A DNA stretch of 33,150 nucleotides from Gemmatimonadales bacterium (GTDB lineage Bacteria; Gemmatimonadota; Gemmatimonadetes; Gemmatimonadales; GWC2-71-9). The stretch spans positions 1-33,150 of the forward strand of contig DATBCS010000148.1 in NCBI GenBank assembly GCA_036270315.1, given 5' to 3'. The translations under genes and the position numbers were made by a program. The notes beneath the pieces were generated by a model. That model was not told where the DNA came from and did not search any database. It was given only the letters and a program-made list of their open reading frames with translations. Shown here piece by piece: positions 31,318-33,150 of the stretch (within the stretch, counting starts at the first letter, position 1; the number at the start of each line of letters is the position of its first letter).

Positions 31318-31346
31318 AAGCTAGCGGGGCGTGGCAAGAGTCTCAA
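31318..31346 (-). promoter_or_regulatory. Candidate promoter for the inositol/copper operon (TTGAGA-17 nt-TAGCTT), -10 ends 9 nt before ATG
   Basis: On the minus strand TTGAGA is at 31346..31341, followed by a 17-nt spacer and TAGCTT at 31323..31318. ATG is at 31308. No SD. Confidence 0.35.
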
Positions 31347-31534
31347 TAGCGCGACGCGTGACAGGGCGGCGCGCGGCCGTGCGCTCCGGTGGCCGGAGGT
31401 CTCAGGGTCGGGCGCCGGGCGGCGCGCCACGGCGGGGCGGCCGTGAGCGGGGGCAGCACGATGCCGAGGACGAGGAGCGTGATCGCAAACGCGAACACGC
31501 CATCGGAGAAGGCTTCGAACCGCGCCTTATTCAT
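31343..31534 (-). pseudogene. Remnant of a DUF1211 / TMEM175-like potassium-channel-family gene (only the first helix is retained)
   Basis: MNKARFEAFSDGVFAFAITLLVLGIVLPP matches the family's R-x-E-A-F-S-D-G-V-F-A-I-A-I-T-L-L-V-L N-terminal helix. It then degenerates into Arg/Pro-rich sequence and stops after about 63 codons. Family members are roughly 200 aa. Confidence 0.45.
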
Positions 31535-31570
31535 CGCGCGCGGCACGAGACACGCCCTACGCGCATCCGG

Positions 31571-32287
31571 CTAGTGGCGGATCTTGAAGTCGATCGGAAT
31601 CCTCATGAACACCGAGACGGCATGGCCCGCGAGCTGCCCCGGCCGGTACTTGGCGTGCAACACGTAGTCGATGCAGACGTCGTCGAAGTCGGAATTAGGA
31701 CTCCGCAGCACCGTGACGGACGACGGTTCGACCCGGCCGGTGCTGTCGATAATCGCGCCCACGATCACGCGACCCTGCACCCCTTGCTCGAACAGTTGCG
31801 GGGGATATGTGAGCCGCGGCTGGACGAGGATGCGGGGTTTTTCGTCGACCTGGCCTTCGCGATACACGCCGTGCGGCAGCGGCGGCACGACGTCGAAGAC
31901 GACCGGCACCTTGACCCAGGTGCGCACCGCCTGTCCCTTGCGTCGCCCCGGCCGGAACGTGGTGCCGAGCGCGAACTCCTGCGCCGCGGCCACGAGACCG
32001 GAATCGGCGCTTTCGAGCACCTCGAGCGACGCCGGGTCGGGCCGGCCCAGCGTGTCGATGACCACGCGCAGCATGATGCGGCCCTCGATTCCGGCGTGCC
32101 GCAGGCTATCGGGGTAATTGAGCGGGGGCCGGGACAGCACCGTCGGGCGCTCGTCCAGTTCCTCCGCCGCGAACACCTTGGCCGCGGCCGCCGTGGAGTC
32201 CTGGGCGTGCCCGGTCCGCGCGGCGGTGGCCGCGACGGCCACGATCGCGATTAGGACGCGTTGCCCATGCACTGGCACTCCTCCCAT
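31571..32287 (-). CDS. Secreted protein with two tandem TonB C-terminal-like domains
   Basis: Signal-like N-terminus VLIAIVAVAATAARTGHAQ. Two repeats follow the pattern P-x-L-x-YP..L...G.EGR..L..VID..GR....S..VL.S.....D......L....YRPG. The first is ...PPLNYPDSLRHAGIEGRIMLRVVIDTLGRP... and the second is ...PRLTYPPQLFEQGVQGRVIVGAIIDSTGRV... Confidence 0.7.
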   Translation of the reverse strand: MGGVPVHGQRVLIAIVAVAATAARTGHAQDSTAAAAKVFAAEELDERPTVLSRPPLNYPDSLRHAGIEGRIMLRVVIDTLGRPDPASLEVLESADSGLVAAAQEFALGTTFRPGRRKGQAVRTWVKVPVVFDVVPPLPHGVYREGQVDEKPRILVQPRLTYPPQLFEQGVQGRVIVGAIIDSTGRVEPSSVTVLRSPNSDFDDVCIDYVLHAKYRPGQLAGHAVSVFMRIPIDFKIRH

Positions 32288-32428
32288 GAGGCCCCGGGGT
32301 AGGTCAGCGACCCCGCGCTCCGGCGCGGGCGCGGTGCGTACTAGTGTAGCACAACGAGGCCGCGCGGGAAGACGGGGCGTGGCGTCTAGACCCTCGGCGC
32401 GCGGCGCGTGCGGCCGGTGGGCGATCGC

Positions 32429-33150
32429 TCAGTAGAGCAGGTACTGGGCGCGCATCCGGCGGAACCGCTCGAGCCCCGGCTGCCACGCCCGCACGATGGC
32501 CGCCGCGGTCGTCCCGCGGAGAATCGCCCGGCGCAGCGCCGGGCCGGCCGCGAGCCCGTCGAAACGCGGCGCGTTGAAGCGCAGCGAATCGCGTTGCGCC
32601 AGATGGAGCGCGGTGAGCAGGGCGACCGCCGTCGCGGTGGGATCATAGCGCCGCCGGTCCGTCACGCGCAGCCGCACCCCGCGGAGCGGGACGCCGTCGT
32701 ACTTCCCGTCCGTGGGCGTCTGGGGGGTGAATATCGTCGCCGAGAGCTCAACGCCCGCGAGCAGGTGTCCCGGGCCCCGGCCAGCGTCCGCAGGCGGGCC
32801 AGCACGGCGGCGGTGTCGAACCACGGCGCGCCGATCACCTGGAATGCGACGCCCGTGCCGCGCCCCACCGACAGGTTCGTGCCTTCGAAGAGACAGGTGC
32901 CGGGGTAGTGGAGCGCGCTTTCCAGGTCGGGCATGTTGGGCGAAGGGCGCACCCAGCGGAGCCCGGTCGCGTCGTAGTCGACTGCCCGCCGCCATCCGGC
33001 CGCGGGGACCACGGTGAGGTTGGCGTCGACCTTGAGCGCCGCGGCGGCGAGCCGGACCAGTTCGCCGAGCGTGAGGCCGTGGCGCATCGGGACCGGCAGG
33101 AACCCGACGAACTGCGTATCAGGGTCGGCGATCCGGTCACGCACGTCTCC
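32429..33150 (-). pseudogene. DUF1343-family (NamZ-like exo-N-acetylmuramidase) gene, 3' two-thirds, interrupted by a frameshift near 32765..32795. The 5' end lies beyond the right edge.
   Basis: The upstream frame gives ...PSPNMPDLESALHYPGTCLFEGTNLSVGRGTGVAFQVIGAPWFDTAAVLARLRTLAG. The family continuation GHLLAGVELSATIFTPQTPTDGKYDGVPLRGVRLRVTDRRRYDP...RMRAQYLLY is in a different frame (track ORF 32429..32995). The switch occurs in a GGCCGGGGCCCGGG run. Confidence 0.65.

Overview
High-GC (about 70%) bacterial chromosomal window. It is probably from a Gram-negative-type organism, since it has an OM beta-barrel candidate, TonB-C domains and lipoproteins. Phylum was not determined. Almost everything is on the minus strand, in tightly packed arrays joined by ATGA/GTGA start-stop overlaps. 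Only tRNA-Leu(CAG), a cupin gene and copZ are on the plus strand. No CRISPR, transposase or integrase was seen.

Gene content, left to right:
- VOC protein fragment
- spermidine-synthase-like membrane protein
- pyrF-pyrD-TPR lipoprotein-amidase-smpB operon
- tRNA-Leu
- a CysO-dependent cysteine biosynthesis operon: Rrf2, rhodanese, cysM, JAMM mec, and cysO fused to moeZ
- OMP, small membrane protein, aspA, cupin
- a long redox array, listed below
- E2/E1beta/E1alpha 2-oxoacid dehydrogenase
- copZ, then a copA operon fused to inositol-lipid genes (CDP-alcohol phosphatidyltransferase, ino1, cupredoxin, copA)
- a DUF1211 remnant
- a tandem TonB-C protein
- a frameshifted DUF1343 gene at the right edge

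The redox array contains an AhpD/CMD-like protein, a flippase-like membrane protein, a Zn-ribbon, an MBL hydrolase, trxB, DUF309, a Cys-rich Rossmann protein, an SDR, a Bcp peroxiredoxin, a PHP protein and a small alpha/beta protein.

Main finding: two genes that the ORF track splits in two are each a single reading frame interrupted by one in-frame TGA. In the Bcp peroxiredoxin the TGA sits at the peroxidatic Cys (FYPGNNTPG-TGA). In the AhpD/CMD-like protein it sits at the second Cys of the C-x-Y-C-x3-H motif (CRY-TGA-LNSH). Each has a candidate downstream hairpin. These are best read as two selenocysteine proteins flanking trxB in one co-directional redox cluster.

Second finding: the only CysO-like ubiquitin-fold sulfur carrier is fused, through its Gly-Gly end, to the MoeZ E1/rhodanese enzyme. 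It sits next to a JAMM protease, which implies proteolytic release.

Other observations: four operon-leading genes whose -10-like hexamers lie 7-10 nt from the start codon (leaderless candidates), a five-tract G5 quadruplex motif at the cysM/mec junction, a PHP gene with no canonical start codon, and two decayed genes.
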